50,266 nucleotides of DNA from Dehalococcoidia bacterium (lineage in GTDB: Bacteria > Chloroflexota > Dehalococcoidia > DSTF01 > RBG-16-68-14). Location of the stretch: contig JBAROU010000056.1 in NCBI GenBank assembly GCA_049642385.1, forward strand, positions 1 to 50,266, written 5' to 3'. Position 1 is the first letter of the stretch. The number at the start of each line of letters is the position of its first letter. Shown here one piece after another: positions 26,855-34,815 of the stretch. The position numbers were made by a program, and so were the translations under genes. The notes below the pieces were generated by a model that had not been told where the DNA came from, searched no databases, and worked only from the letters and a program-made list of their open reading frames with translations.

Positions 26855-28189
26855 TCACGCTCCTGCGATGAACTCCTCCACCATATCGCGCGCCTCGTCG
26901 TCAGTGTACTGCGTAGGCGGCGACTTCATAAAGTACGCGGAGGGCGCTGACAGCGCGCCGGAGATGCCACGGTCTAACGCCAGCTTGCAGCAGCGTATCG
27001 CGTCAATCACGACACCGGCCGAGTTCGGGCTGTCCCACACCTCGAGCTTCAGCTCCACGTTCAGCGGCACGTTCCCGAAGGTGGTGCCTTCCATCCGGAT
27101 GTAGGCCCACTTGCGGTCGTCCAGCCACGGCACGTGGTCGCTCGGGCCGATGTGGATCGCGTCGCCCGGCATCTCGTAGTCGATCTGCGAGGCGACGGCG
27201 TTGGTCTTGGAGATCTTCTTAGAGATCAGTCGCTCTCGTTCGAGCATGTTCAGAAAGTCTGTATTGCCCCCGAAGTTCAACTGGTACGTGCGGTCAAGTC
27301 GCACGCCGCGGTCGCGGAAGAGGCGCGTCAAGACCCGATGGATAATCGTTGAGCCCACCTGCGATTTGATGTCGTCGCCGATGATGGGCAGCTTATGGTC
27401 GCGGAAGCGCTGCTCCCAGTACTCCTCGCGGGCGATGAAGACCGGGATGCAGTTGACAAAGGCGCAGCCTGCGGCCAGCACCTGCTCCACGTACCATCTC
27501 GTCGCGGCCTCCGAGCCGACCGGCAGGTAGTTGACCACCACGTCGGCCTTCGTCTCCTTCAGGATGCTGACGATGTCCGCGGTGGAGCCGGGCGCCTTCT
27601 GCACCACGTCTTCCAGATACTTGCCCACGCCGTCGTGGGTCATCCCCCGCGAGACGCGGACGCCGGTGCGGGGCACTTCGGTGAACTGGAAGGTGTTGTT
27701 CGGCGGGGCGAAGATCGCCTCTGAGATGTCCTTGCCGACCTTGTTCGCATCGATATCGAACGCGGCGACGAAATTGACGTCGCTGATGTGGTAGCCGCCC
27801 AGCGTCGGGTGCATCAGCCCCGGGATCGTGTTCTCGTCGCCTGCGTCTCGATAGAAATGCACGCCCTGGACCAGCGACGAGGCGCAGTTGCCCAGACCGA
27901 CGATGGCGACGTTGATCGGGCGGCGCTTGCGCCCGTTCGACTGGGGACGTGGCGTCGGCGCCGCGCGCGTCTCGCCGTTCGAGACGCCGGTAAACAGCTC
28001 GTCCTCGGCCATGCCGAGCGTCTCGCAAACGGCGTCGACGAAGCGCCGGCTCGGCACGCGCGCGCCGGATTTAATCTTTGACAAGTACGCTTCGCTGAAG
28101 CGGTAGCCACGGTGCTGCAACTCGTTTAGCAGCCAGCGCTGCTTGTGGCCCTGCGCAGCGAGAACGTCGAACAGCTGCTGAGTACTCAT
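26855..28189 (-). CDS. ino1: myo-inositol-1-phosphate synthase with N-terminal Cro/C1-type HTH domain fusion
   Basis: Trimmed to [10 protein letters not shown] (GGAGGTG SD 3 nt upstream). Residues 1-65 look like an XRE-type HTH ([36 protein letters not shown]). The rest is MIPS ([42 protein letters not shown]). Confidence 0.88.
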   Translation of the reverse strand: MSTQQLFDVLAAQGHKQRWLLNELQHRGYRFSEAYLSKIKSGARVPSRRFVDAVCETLGMAEDELFTGVSNGETRAAPTPRPQSNGRKRRPINVAIVGLGNCASSLVQGVHFYRDAGDENTIPGLMHPTLGGYHISDVNFVAAFDIDANKVGKDISEAIFAPPNNTFQFTEVPRTGVRVSRGMTHDGVGKYLEDVVQKAPGSTADIVSILKETKADVVVNYLPVGSEAATRWYVEQVLAAGCAFVNCIPVFIAREEYWEQRFRDHKLPIIGDDIKSQVGSTIIHRVLTRLFRDRGVRLDRTYQLNFGGNTDFLNMLERERLISKKISKTNAVASQIDYEMPGDAIHIGPSDHVPWLDDRKWAYIRMEGTTFGNVPLNVELKLEVWDSPNSAGVVIDAIRCCKLALDRGISGALSAPSAYFMKSPPTQYTDDEARDMVEEFIAGA

Positions 28190-28327
28190 ACCCACCTCCG
28201 GCGTCAAGATTCCTGAACGGATGTCCGGCGTGTTAAGTTGACGCCTGGTGGGAGTGTAGTACCAACAAGTGAGATCCGTCAAGAGCCGAGGGTTGGACAG
28301 CGACAAGGAGGCGCTGGTAAGCTTGTC

Positions 28328-28372
28328 AAGATTAGAAAAGTAGAGAAGGGGTGGCGCATTCGCCACCCCTTC
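28328..28372 (-). terminator. rho-independent terminator of the small zinc-ribbon gene
   Basis: On the minus strand: GAAGGGGTGGCG-aatg-CGCCACCCCTTC (12-bp stem, 28345-28372) followed by TCTACTTTTCTAATCTT. Confidence 0.75.
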
Positions 28373-28396
28373 GGTCGTTTCGAGTGAAGTGAGGGT

Positions 28397-28540
28397 CTAG
28401 CTGCTCTTGCCGATCTTGTACATCTTCGTGCTGCACACAGGGCAGGTGCCGCTGGTGGCAGGCTTGCCGTTCTTCATCGTCACCTGCTGCGGGCTGCTCA
28501 TCTCGCGCTTCGTCCGGCACTTCAGACAGTATGCTTCCAT
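28397..28540 (-). CDS. small zinc-ribbon protein (DUF5679-like), 47 aa
   Basis: Below the track's length cutoff. My translation is MEAYCLKCRTKREMSSPQQVTMKNGKPATSGTCPVCSTKMYKIGKSS, with CxxC...CxxC. GGGAGG SD 9 nt upstream. A terminator follows directly. Confidence 0.7.
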   Translation of the reverse strand: MEAYCLKCRTKREMSSPQQVTMKNGKPATSGTCPVCSTKMYKIGKSS

Positions 28541-28673
28541 CTCGAATTACCTCCCTTTCCTTTCTTGCTGAGGCATTAGGGTCCCACCCTGCCGTTCCGA
28601 CGAATCTACAGCCAGCCCGTGTTTCGACCGGTTCGCCAGATAGGGCTGCATCCGCCGTAGACTCATTAGTAGC

Positions 28674-28701
28674 ATCTTAGCCGAATCTAGGCGGGTGTCA
28701 A
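28674..28701 (-). promoter_or_regulatory. candidate promoter TTGACA-N16-TAAGAT for the zinc-ribbon gene
   Basis: On the minus strand the -35 is at 28701..28696 and the -10 at 28679..28674. It is flanked by two exact AGCCGAATCTA copies (plus-strand 28679-28689 and 28712-28722). Confidence 0.45.
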
Positions 28702-28733
28702 GGGGAAGCTGAGCCGAATCTACGCACGATTTT

Positions 28734-29639
28734 CTACTGCGGCACAAAGACCCTCTCCGGCTGCCAGCGGCCGGCGCCCCGAGAGCTAAGGATGGCCAGG
28801 AAGTCGCCATCGAGCGAATACGCGCGACAGGGCGTCTCTGGAGGCGTATTGAGCACCTCGTCGCGAACCGGCGCCAGCGCCACGAGGCGTCCCTGCCGCA
28901 CATCTCGGCTATGCGCCTCGTCCAGCAGCGCCGCCTCCCACGTTTCGAGGACGCGGTCGACTGGCTGCAGCAGGTATTCCCAGGCTCCAGATTCGACCGC
29001 CGCCTCCAGAGTTTCGAGGTCGATCGCATCCTTCAGCGTGAACGGCCCGCTTTGCAGTCGAGTGAGCCCCGTCATATGCGCGCCGCAGCCCAACGCCTGC
29101 CCCAGATCGTGGACTAGCGTGCGCACGTAGGCGCCGCGCCCACACTCCATCTCGAGCTCCATCTCCGGCGGCTCGAAGCGGCGCATTTCCAGCCGGTAGA
29201 CGCTCACTGTCCGCTCCTCACGCGGCACTTCCTTTCCCGCGCGGGCGTAGCTGTAGAGGGGCTGGCCCTTGTACTTGAGCGCGCTGTACATCGGCGGCAG
29301 CTGCTGGATCTCGCCTACGAAGCCGGGCAGCGCCGCGACGACCCGTTCGCGAGTCAAGTCGTCAAGTTCTGCCGTCGCCACGACCTTGCCTTCGCTGTCG
29401 TGGGTGTCCGTCGCCTCACCGAAGCGCGCCGACGCGTGGTACGTCTTCGGCTGGCCAACGAGGTATTCGACGATGCGCGTCGCTCGTCCGAGGCAGATCG
29501 GCAGCACACCGCCTGCGATCGGATCGAGGGTGCCCGCGTGGCCCACGCGCTTGACGCCCGTCAGGCGCTTGACACGCCGGACGACGGCGAACGACGCGAC
29601 GCCCACGGGCTTGTTGATATTGAGAATGCCATCCGCCAT
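28734..29639 (-). CDS. truB: tRNA pseudouridine(55) synthase
   Basis: GILNINKPVGVASFAVVRRVKRLTGVKRVGHAGTLDPIAGGVLPICLGRATR, including the catalytic Asp motif HAGTLDP. Confidence 0.93.
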   Translation of the reverse strand: MADGILNINKPVGVASFAVVRRVKRLTGVKRVGHAGTLDPIAGGVLPICLGRATRIVEYLVGQPKTYHASARFGEATDTHDSEGKVVATAELDDLTRERVVAALPGFVGEIQQLPPMYSALKYKGQPLYSYARAGKEVPREERTVSVYRLEMRRFEPPEMELEMECGRGAYVRTLVHDLGQALGCGAHMTGLTRLQSGPFTLKDAIDLETLEAAVESGAWEYLLQPVDRVLETWEAALLDEAHSRDVRQGRLVALAPVRDEVLNTPPETPCRAYSLDGDFLAILSSRGAGRWQPERVFVPQ

Positions 29640-29647
29640 TGGCTGGG

Positions 29648-29998
29648 TTAGGGTTCGCTCTCCCGCGCCTCATCGAGGAGGTGTAGGATGCGCGCGCCAT
29701 GCTCGATTGATTCGTCGGCGACGAACGCCAGGGCCGGTGTGCGCCTTATCGTGAGCCGCTTGCCCAGCTCGCGCTGCATGAAGTGTGAGGCAGCGCCCAG
29801 CGCACGCAAGGTGCCAGTGCGCTCCTCCTCGCTCCCCAGCACGCTCACGTAGACCTTCGCCTGGCTCAGGTCGGGCGAGACGTCCACCTCCGTGATCGTG
29901 ACGAGGCCGCCGATGCGCGGGTCCTTGAGGTCCCGCTGCACCAGATCGCTGATCTCCTCGCGGAGCTGGTCGTTCAGACGTTCGGTTCTGCGGGTCAT
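29648..29998 (-). CDS. rbfA: 30S ribosome-binding factor RbfA
   Basis: RTERLNDQLREEISDLVQRDLKDPRIGGLVTITEVDVSPDLSQAKVYVSVLG. Position between infB and truB. Confidence 0.9.
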   Translation of the reverse strand: MTRRTERLNDQLREEISDLVQRDLKDPRIGGLVTITEVDVSPDLSQAKVYVSVLGSEEERTGTLRALGAASHFMQRELGKRLTIRRTPALAFVADESIEHGARILHLLDEARESEP

Positions 29999-30061
29999 GG
30001 CATCACCTCCGTGAGGGTTGCGGAGGCGCTCGATATGGTATCGAGCCGCCGGGTACTGCGC

Positions 30062-31954
30062 CTAGCGCCGGCTTGTGGCGCCTACCTTGCTCGCGATCTC
30101 GCGACGATAGAACTCCAGCACATCACCTTCCTGGAACTCGTCGAAGCCTTCCACGGTCACACCACATTCGGTGCCCGCCTGAACCTCGCGCACGTCGTCC
30201 TGGAAGCGGCGCAGGCCAGAGACCGTCGTGTCCGCCAGCACCTCGCCGGCGCGCTGCACCCGCACCTGGTCGTTGCTGTGCACCGTGCCGTCCTGCACCG
30301 CGCAGCCGGCGATGTTGCCCCGCCGTCGTATGACGAAGACCTCGCGCACTTCGGCGTGGCCCTGGATAACGTCCTCGTAGACGGGCTCCAGCATGCCCTC
30401 TAGGGCTGCTGCCACGTCCTCTGTCACGTTGTAAATCACACTGTACAGCCGCAGGTCGATGCCTTCCTGCTCGATGAGGCGGAGGGCGCCCGGCTCGGGC
30501 TTGGTGTTGAAGCCAATGATGATCCCGTGCGAGGCGATGGCCAGCAGCACGTCAGATTCCGAGACCGTGCCGGAAGCGGCCCGGATCATCTTGACGCGAA
30601 CTTGCTCGTTGGTCAGCTTCTCTAGCGAGTCGCGGAGCGGCTCGATACTGCCCTGCACGTCTGTCTTCAGGACGATGTTCAGCGACTTCATCTTGCCAGC
30701 GCTGATCTCGCCGAAGAGCGTGTCGAGCGTGACGCGCGGCTGCGAGTGCAGCGCCGCAGCCTCCTTCTCTCGCAGGCGCTGGACGACGATCTGGCGCGCG
30801 GCCTTTTCATCGCGCACGACGCGGATCCTGTCACCCGCGCGGGCGACGTCCTGAAGCCCCAGGATCGCGATCGGCTCGCCCGGCCCGACCGACTTGACAC
30901 GCCGGCCGTGCTCGTTAAACATCGCCTTGACGCGTCCCCACGTCTCTTCCAGAACGACAACATCGCCCACGCGCAGCGTGCCGGTCTGCACCAGCACTGT
31001 CGCGATCGGGCCTCGGTTGCGGTCCATCTCCGCCTCGACGATCGCGCCGATGGCAGCCCGGTCCGGGTTTGCCTTCAGCTCTAGGATCTGCGAAGCGATC
31101 AGGATCGTCTCCAGGAGGTCCTGGATGCCGTCCTTCGTCTTGGCGGAGACGAGCACGCACGGCACATCGCCGCCGTACTCCTCGATGGCGACCTCTCGCT
31201 CGGAGAGCTGCTGCTTGACACGGTCGGGCTTGGCGTCCTCCAGGTCAGTCTTCGTAATCGCGACGACGATCGGCACGCCAGCGGCGCGCGCATGGTCGAT
31301 CGCCTCGAGTGTTTGCGGCATCACGCCATCGTCCGCCGCGACGACGAGCACGGCGACGTCTGTCACCTGGGCGCCGCGCGCCCGCATCGCGGTGAACGCC
31401 TCGTGGCCCGGTGTGTCAAGGAACGTGATGCGCTGGTCGTTCACTTCGATCTGGTACGCGCCGATGTGCTGGGTGATGCCGCCGGCTTCGCCGGCTGTCA
31501 CTTCGGTCTGCCGGATGGCGTCCAGCAGGCTCGTCTTTCCGTGATCGACGTGGCCAAGCACGGTCACGACAGGCTGGCGCGGCTTGAGCGCCGCCTGGTC
31601 CTCTTCCTCGATGACCATGTGCGTGCTCTCGGCTGCCGCCGGCGCAGCTTCGTCTTCGACCGCGGCGTGCTCTTCCTGCGGCTCGAAGCCCAGGTCGTGC
31701 GCGATGATGGCCGCGGTCTCGAAGTCGATGCTCTGGTTGACCGTGGCCATCACGTCGTTCTTCATCAGCTCTTTGATGACCTCGACCGGCGAGATACCCA
31801 TCCGGTCGCCCAGCTCCTTTACCGTGAGCACCCGGGGGATCGGTACCGGGCCGCCCGGCTCCGGAGCCTGGGAAGCGCCGTTGCCCTCGACGACTGGCGC
31901 CGCGGCCGGCGGCCGTCTCTTCTTTCTTCGCTGCGGTCGACCTCGTGGTGGCAT
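30062..31954 (-). CDS. infB: translation initiation factor IF-2
   Basis: GTPase motifs [21 protein letters not shown] and TKTD, with a short basic N-terminus. Confidence 0.95.
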   Translation of the reverse strand: MPPRGRPQRRKKRRPPAAAPVVEGNGASQAPEPGGPVPIPRVLTVKELGDRMGISPVEVIKELMKNDVMATVNQSIDFETAAIIAHDLGFEPQEEHAAVEDEAAPAAAESTHMVIEEEDQAALKPRQPVVTVLGHVDHGKTSLLDAIRQTEVTAGEAGGITQHIGAYQIEVNDQRITFLDTPGHEAFTAMRARGAQVTDVAVLVVAADDGVMPQTLEAIDHARAAGVPIVVAITKTDLEDAKPDRVKQQLSEREVAIEEYGGDVPCVLVSAKTKDGIQDLLETILIASQILELKANPDRAAIGAIVEAEMDRNRGPIATVLVQTGTLRVGDVVVLEETWGRVKAMFNEHGRRVKSVGPGEPIAILGLQDVARAGDRIRVVRDEKAARQIVVQRLREKEAAALHSQPRVTLDTLFGEISAGKMKSLNIVLKTDVQGSIEPLRDSLEKLTNEQVRVKMIRAASGTVSESDVLLAIASHGIIIGFNTKPEPGALRLIEQEGIDLRLYSVIYNVTEDVAAALEGMLEPVYEDVIQGHAEVREVFVIRRRGNIAGCAVQDGTVHSNDQVRVQRAGEVLADTTVSGLRRFQDDVREVQAGTECGVTVEGFDEFQEGDVLEFYRREIASKVGATSRR

Positions 31955-31961
31955 CTCGTCC

Positions 31962-32258
31962 TCAGTTTCCCATGATCGCTACGCTGGGTTCAAACTGCGC
32001 CCCGTAGCGTTCCAGCTCCGCCCGGTCCTGCGCCGAAATCGTCGTGCGCAGCGCGCGAGCGAGCCTGTCCTTCTTCAACGCCTCATCCCAACACGAACGT
32101 TGGGCGCAGATGTAAGCGCCGCGCCCGTTGCGCTTGCCCGTCGGGTCCGCCTCCACGGTGCCTTCTGGCGTCCGGACGAGGCGCACGAACTCGCGCTTAC
32201 CGCTTGTCGTGCGACAGGCGACGCAGGTTCGCTGCGGGATGTGATTGGTAGTGGGCAT
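31962..32258 (-). CDS. ylxR: YlxR/RnpM family RNA-binding protein (DUF448)
   Basis: PQRTCVACRTTSGKREFVRLVRT...GRGAYIC motif. Canonical position between nusA and infB. Confidence 0.85.
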   Translation of the reverse strand: MPTTNHIPQRTCVACRTTSGKREFVRLVRTPEGTVEADPTGKRNGRGAYICAQRSCWDEALKKDRLARALRTTISAQDRAELERYGAQFEPSVAIMGN

Positions 32259-32264
32259 AGCGCG

Positions 32265-33734
32265 TTAATGGATCGGAATATCGTACTCTTCGTCCTCTTC
32301 CTCAAGGACGATGTGCTTGGGCCGCTTCGCCGCCTTCTTGGCAGGCTTGGCTGCTTCTTCCTCTTCCTTTTTGCTTTTGAACTGCTTGCTCTTCGCGTCC
32401 TCTCGGCCGGCAAAGATCTCTTCGGCGAAGCGGATCGCCGGCTTGGCGGGCTCCGCCTCCGCGCTTGGGGCAACCTCCGCGGCCACGGGCGCCTCGTCAA
32501 CCGAGCCCTCTGTGGCGGGCGTGTCCTTGAAGGCCAGGACCGCTTCTTCTTCCGGGGTGAGCGGCTTCGCCGGTTCGGCCGACGTCAACTCCTCCGCCTC
32601 GGCAATCGCCGCGGCGGCTTCCTCGACTGGTTCAGGCGGAGGCTCCGGCTTCGCCAGGAACGCTTCGCGCTCTTCCGGCGAGAGTGGCGCCAGCGCCTCC
32701 TCGAATGCGGTCTCGCTCTTAATGTCGATACGCCAGCCAGTGAGCTTCGCCGCCAGGCGCGCGTTCTGACCTTCCTTGCCTATCGCCAGCGAGAGCTGGC
32801 GGTCCGGCACGACGACTTCCGCGGTGTTCGTCTCGGCATCAAGCCGTACGTTGACCACCTGGGCCGGGCTGAGCGCGTGTGCGACGAAGCGCGATGGCTC
32901 AGGGTCCCAGAGGACGACGTCGATACGCTCGCCGTTCAGCTCGTTGACCACGTTCTGGATGCGCAGGCCACGCAATCCGACGCAAGCGCCCACCGGATCG
33001 ACGCCGTCCTGCGTCGACCAAACGGCGACCTTGCTTCGATAGCCGCCCTCACGGGCGATGCCCTTCAGCTCAACGATGCCCTTGAAAATCTCAGGCACTT
33101 CCAGCTCGAAGAGGCGTCGGATCAGGTTCTTGTGGGTGCGAGAGACGACGACTTGCGGCCCTTTGGCCGCCTTGTACACCTCCAGCACGTAGAGCTTGAG
33201 GCGCTGGCCGGAGCGGTAGTGCTCGTTCCGCACCTGCTCGGCCGATGGCAGCAACGCCTCTGCCTTCGCCAGGTCGACGATGACGTTGCGCCCCTCCATC
33301 CGGAGCACTTCGCCCGAGATGATGTCGCCCTCGCGACCGGCATACTCGTCGTACACCACCTCGCGCTCGGCTTCGCGCAGGCGTTGGAGCACCACTTGCT
33401 TCGCCGTCTGCGCCGCAATGCGGCCGGTGTGCTGGTCGGGCACCACCTCTTCGTCGATGGCGTCCTCCAGCTGCACCCCTGGGCTCAGCCGGCGCGCCTC
33501 CTCCAGCTGCACCTCGGTCGCCGGGTCGGCGACCTCCTCGACCACGGTGCGGCGCGCGAAAACGCGCGTCTCGCCCGTGTCCGGGTGGATCTTGACAACC
33601 ACATTGCTGGCGGCCAGGTGGTCCTTCTTGTACGCCGAGGCGAGCGCGGCTTCCACCGCCTCGAACACGGCCTCCTTTGGCAAGTTTTTCTCTGCGGCCA
33701 GTTGATTGATTGCAACCAGGAAGTCGTTTTTCAC
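32265..33734 (-). CDS. nusA: transcription termination/antitermination factor NusA with ~140-aa acidic/Pro-rich then Lys-rich C-terminal tail
   Basis: S1 and KH1/KH2 segments ([57 protein letters not shown]). The start is moved to GTG 33734 because the track's GTG 33743 is part of the GGAGGTG SD itself. Confidence 0.93.
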   Translation of the reverse strand: MKNDFLVAINQLAAEKNLPKEAVFEAVEAALASAYKKDHLAASNVVVKIHPDTGETRVFARRTVVEEVADPATEVQLEEARRLSPGVQLEDAIDEEVVPDQHTGRIAAQTAKQVVLQRLREAEREVVYDEYAGREGDIISGEVLRMEGRNVIVDLAKAEALLPSAEQVRNEHYRSGQRLKLYVLEVYKAAKGPQVVVSRTHKNLIRRLFELEVPEIFKGIVELKGIAREGGYRSKVAVWSTQDGVDPVGACVGLRGLRIQNVVNELNGERIDVVLWDPEPSRFVAHALSPAQVVNVRLDAETNTAEVVVPDRQLSLAIGKEGQNARLAAKLTGWRIDIKSETAFEEALAPLSPEEREAFLAKPEPPPEPVEEAAAAIAEAEELTSAEPAKPLTPEEEAVLAFKDTPATEGSVDEAPVAAEVAPSAEAEPAKPAIRFAEEIFAGREDAKSKQFKSKKEEEEAAKPAKKAAKRPKHIVLEEEDEEYDIPIH

Positions 33735-33770
33735 AATATTCACCTCCGCGAGGCGCTAACCCCTATATGA

Positions 33771-33795
33771 ACAAAAAAGTGGGCGAGGCCCACTT
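33771..33795 (-). terminator. intrinsic terminator hairpin inside the nusA 5' leader (candidate attenuator)
   Basis: On the minus strand: AAGTGGGC-ctc-GCCCACTT followed by TTTTGT (run of six T including the stem end). It lies between the candidate promoter (33820-33849) and the nusA SD (33743-33747). Confidence 0.6.
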
Positions 33796-33819
33796 CTTCA
33801 GAAGTGCTAGCTGTGCTCC

Positions 33820-33849
33820 ACTATAGCACGCGGCTCGTTCGTGCTACAA
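33820..33849 (-). promoter_or_regulatory. candidate nusA operon promoter TTGTAG-N18-TATAGT
   Basis: On the minus strand the -35 is at 33849..33844 and the -10 at 33825..33820. Confidence 0.45.
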
Positions 33850-33898
33850 GGTCAGGCTTGCATTGGCCACGAGTCGGCGACGGCCAGCCATCCGTCAC

Positions 33899-33927
33899 TT
33901 GCGCCTTCCGTAAGGAGATGCTAACAT
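33899..33927 (+). promoter_or_regulatory. candidate promoter TTGCGC-N17-TAACAT placed 6 nt before the arsR-family GTG (leaderless layout)
   Basis: The -10-like hexamer is at 33922-33927 and the GTG at 33934. Confidence 0.35.
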
Positions 33928-33933
33928 AGTGAC

Positions 33934-34245
33934 GTGGAACAGGCGCTTCGAGCCATCGCCGAGCCGCGCCGCCGGGAAATCCTCCGCCTCATCCAGGACG
34001 AGGAGCTCCCCGCAGGTCAGATCGCCTCGCACTTCGACGTCTCTCGCCCGGCGATCTCGCAGCATCTGCGAGTACTGAAATCGGCGGGGCTGGTCAGCGA
34101 ACGCCGCGACGGCACACGGCGGCTCTACCGTGCCCGAATCGAAGGCCTGAAGGAGCTGCGCGACTACCTGGCGCAGTTCTGGGAAGGCCGCTTGCGCCTG
34201 CTCGCCGACGCGGCGGAGGCGGACGAACGGAGGTCGAAACGATGA
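33934..34245 (+). CDS. ArsR/SmtB family transcriptional regulator
   Basis: LRAIAEPRRREILRLIQDEELPAGQIASHFDVSRPAISQHLRVLKSAGLV, a winged-HTH signature. Confidence 0.85.
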   Translation: MEQALRAIAEPRRREILRLIQDEELPAGQIASHFDVSRPAISQHLRVLKSAGLVSERRDGTRRLYRARIEGLKELRDYLAQFWEGRLRLLADAAEADERRSKR

Positions 34246-34691
34246 CGACGCAAAGCGCACATGACGTAATCGAGCTGGAGGTGCGAGTCGCCGCGAAGCC
34301 GGAAACAGTGTTCCCACTCATCAGCGAGGGCGCCGGCATGGCCCGCTGGTTCGGCTCGACAGCCGAGATCGAGCCAAGGACCGGCGCTCGCCTCCGCGTC
34401 GACATCAACGGCCGCGACATCGCCGGCGGCGAAGTCGTCGAGGTTGTGCAGAACCAGCGCATCGTCTTCACCTTCGGCTGGGAGGGCGACGCACATCCGG
34501 TGCCAGTCGGCTCCACTCGCGTCGAGATCTCACTCACCCCCGACGGCGACGGCACGCTCGTGCGCCTGCGCCACAGCGGCCTCACTGCGGAGCAGGCGGC
34601 CCAGCACAAGGAAGGCTGGGACCACTACCTGCCGCGCCTCCTCGACGCCGCCGAAGGCCGCGACCCCGGCAAAGACCCCTGGGCGCAGTAA
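34242..34691 (+). CDS. SRPBCC (AHSA1/Aha1-like) domain protein
   Basis: ATGA overlap with the ArsR gene. RWFG..., RIVFTFGWEGD and GTLVRLRHSGL...HKEGWDHYL, typical of the ArsR-associated SRPBCC family. Confidence 0.8.
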   Translation: MTTQSAHDVIELEVRVAAKPETVFPLISEGAGMARWFGSTAEIEPRTGARLRVDINGRDIAGGEVVEVVQNQRIVFTFGWEGDAHPVPVGSTRVEISLTPDGDGTLVRLRHSGLTAEQAAQHKEGWDHYLPRLLDAAEGRDPGKDPWAQ

Positions 34692-34815
34692 GGGCTAAAC
34701 GATAACGACCGCCGAGTGAGTCGGCGGCATGGTGGGCAAGACACGCCGTGAATCCTTTTAATTCAGGGCTTGTGTAGGGCGGAACGCTGGACGGGGGTGG
34801 GGAGCAACGCCGCCC

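Noticed and set aside
31584-33770. 728-aa plus-strand ORF. Similar long antisense ORFs occur at 36274-37440 (-), 38894-40321 (-), 42870-43730 (-), 44400-45329 (-), 534-1271 (+), 10433-11623 (+) and 18101-19207 (-).
   Set aside because: All of them lie opposite genes with clear family motifs (nusA/ylxR/infB, the dehydrogenase, gltX, the CoA-binding protein, the hydrolase, ACAD, DUF1385/GGDEF-like, GT-C). They have Arg/Ala/Gly-dominated low-complexity composition.
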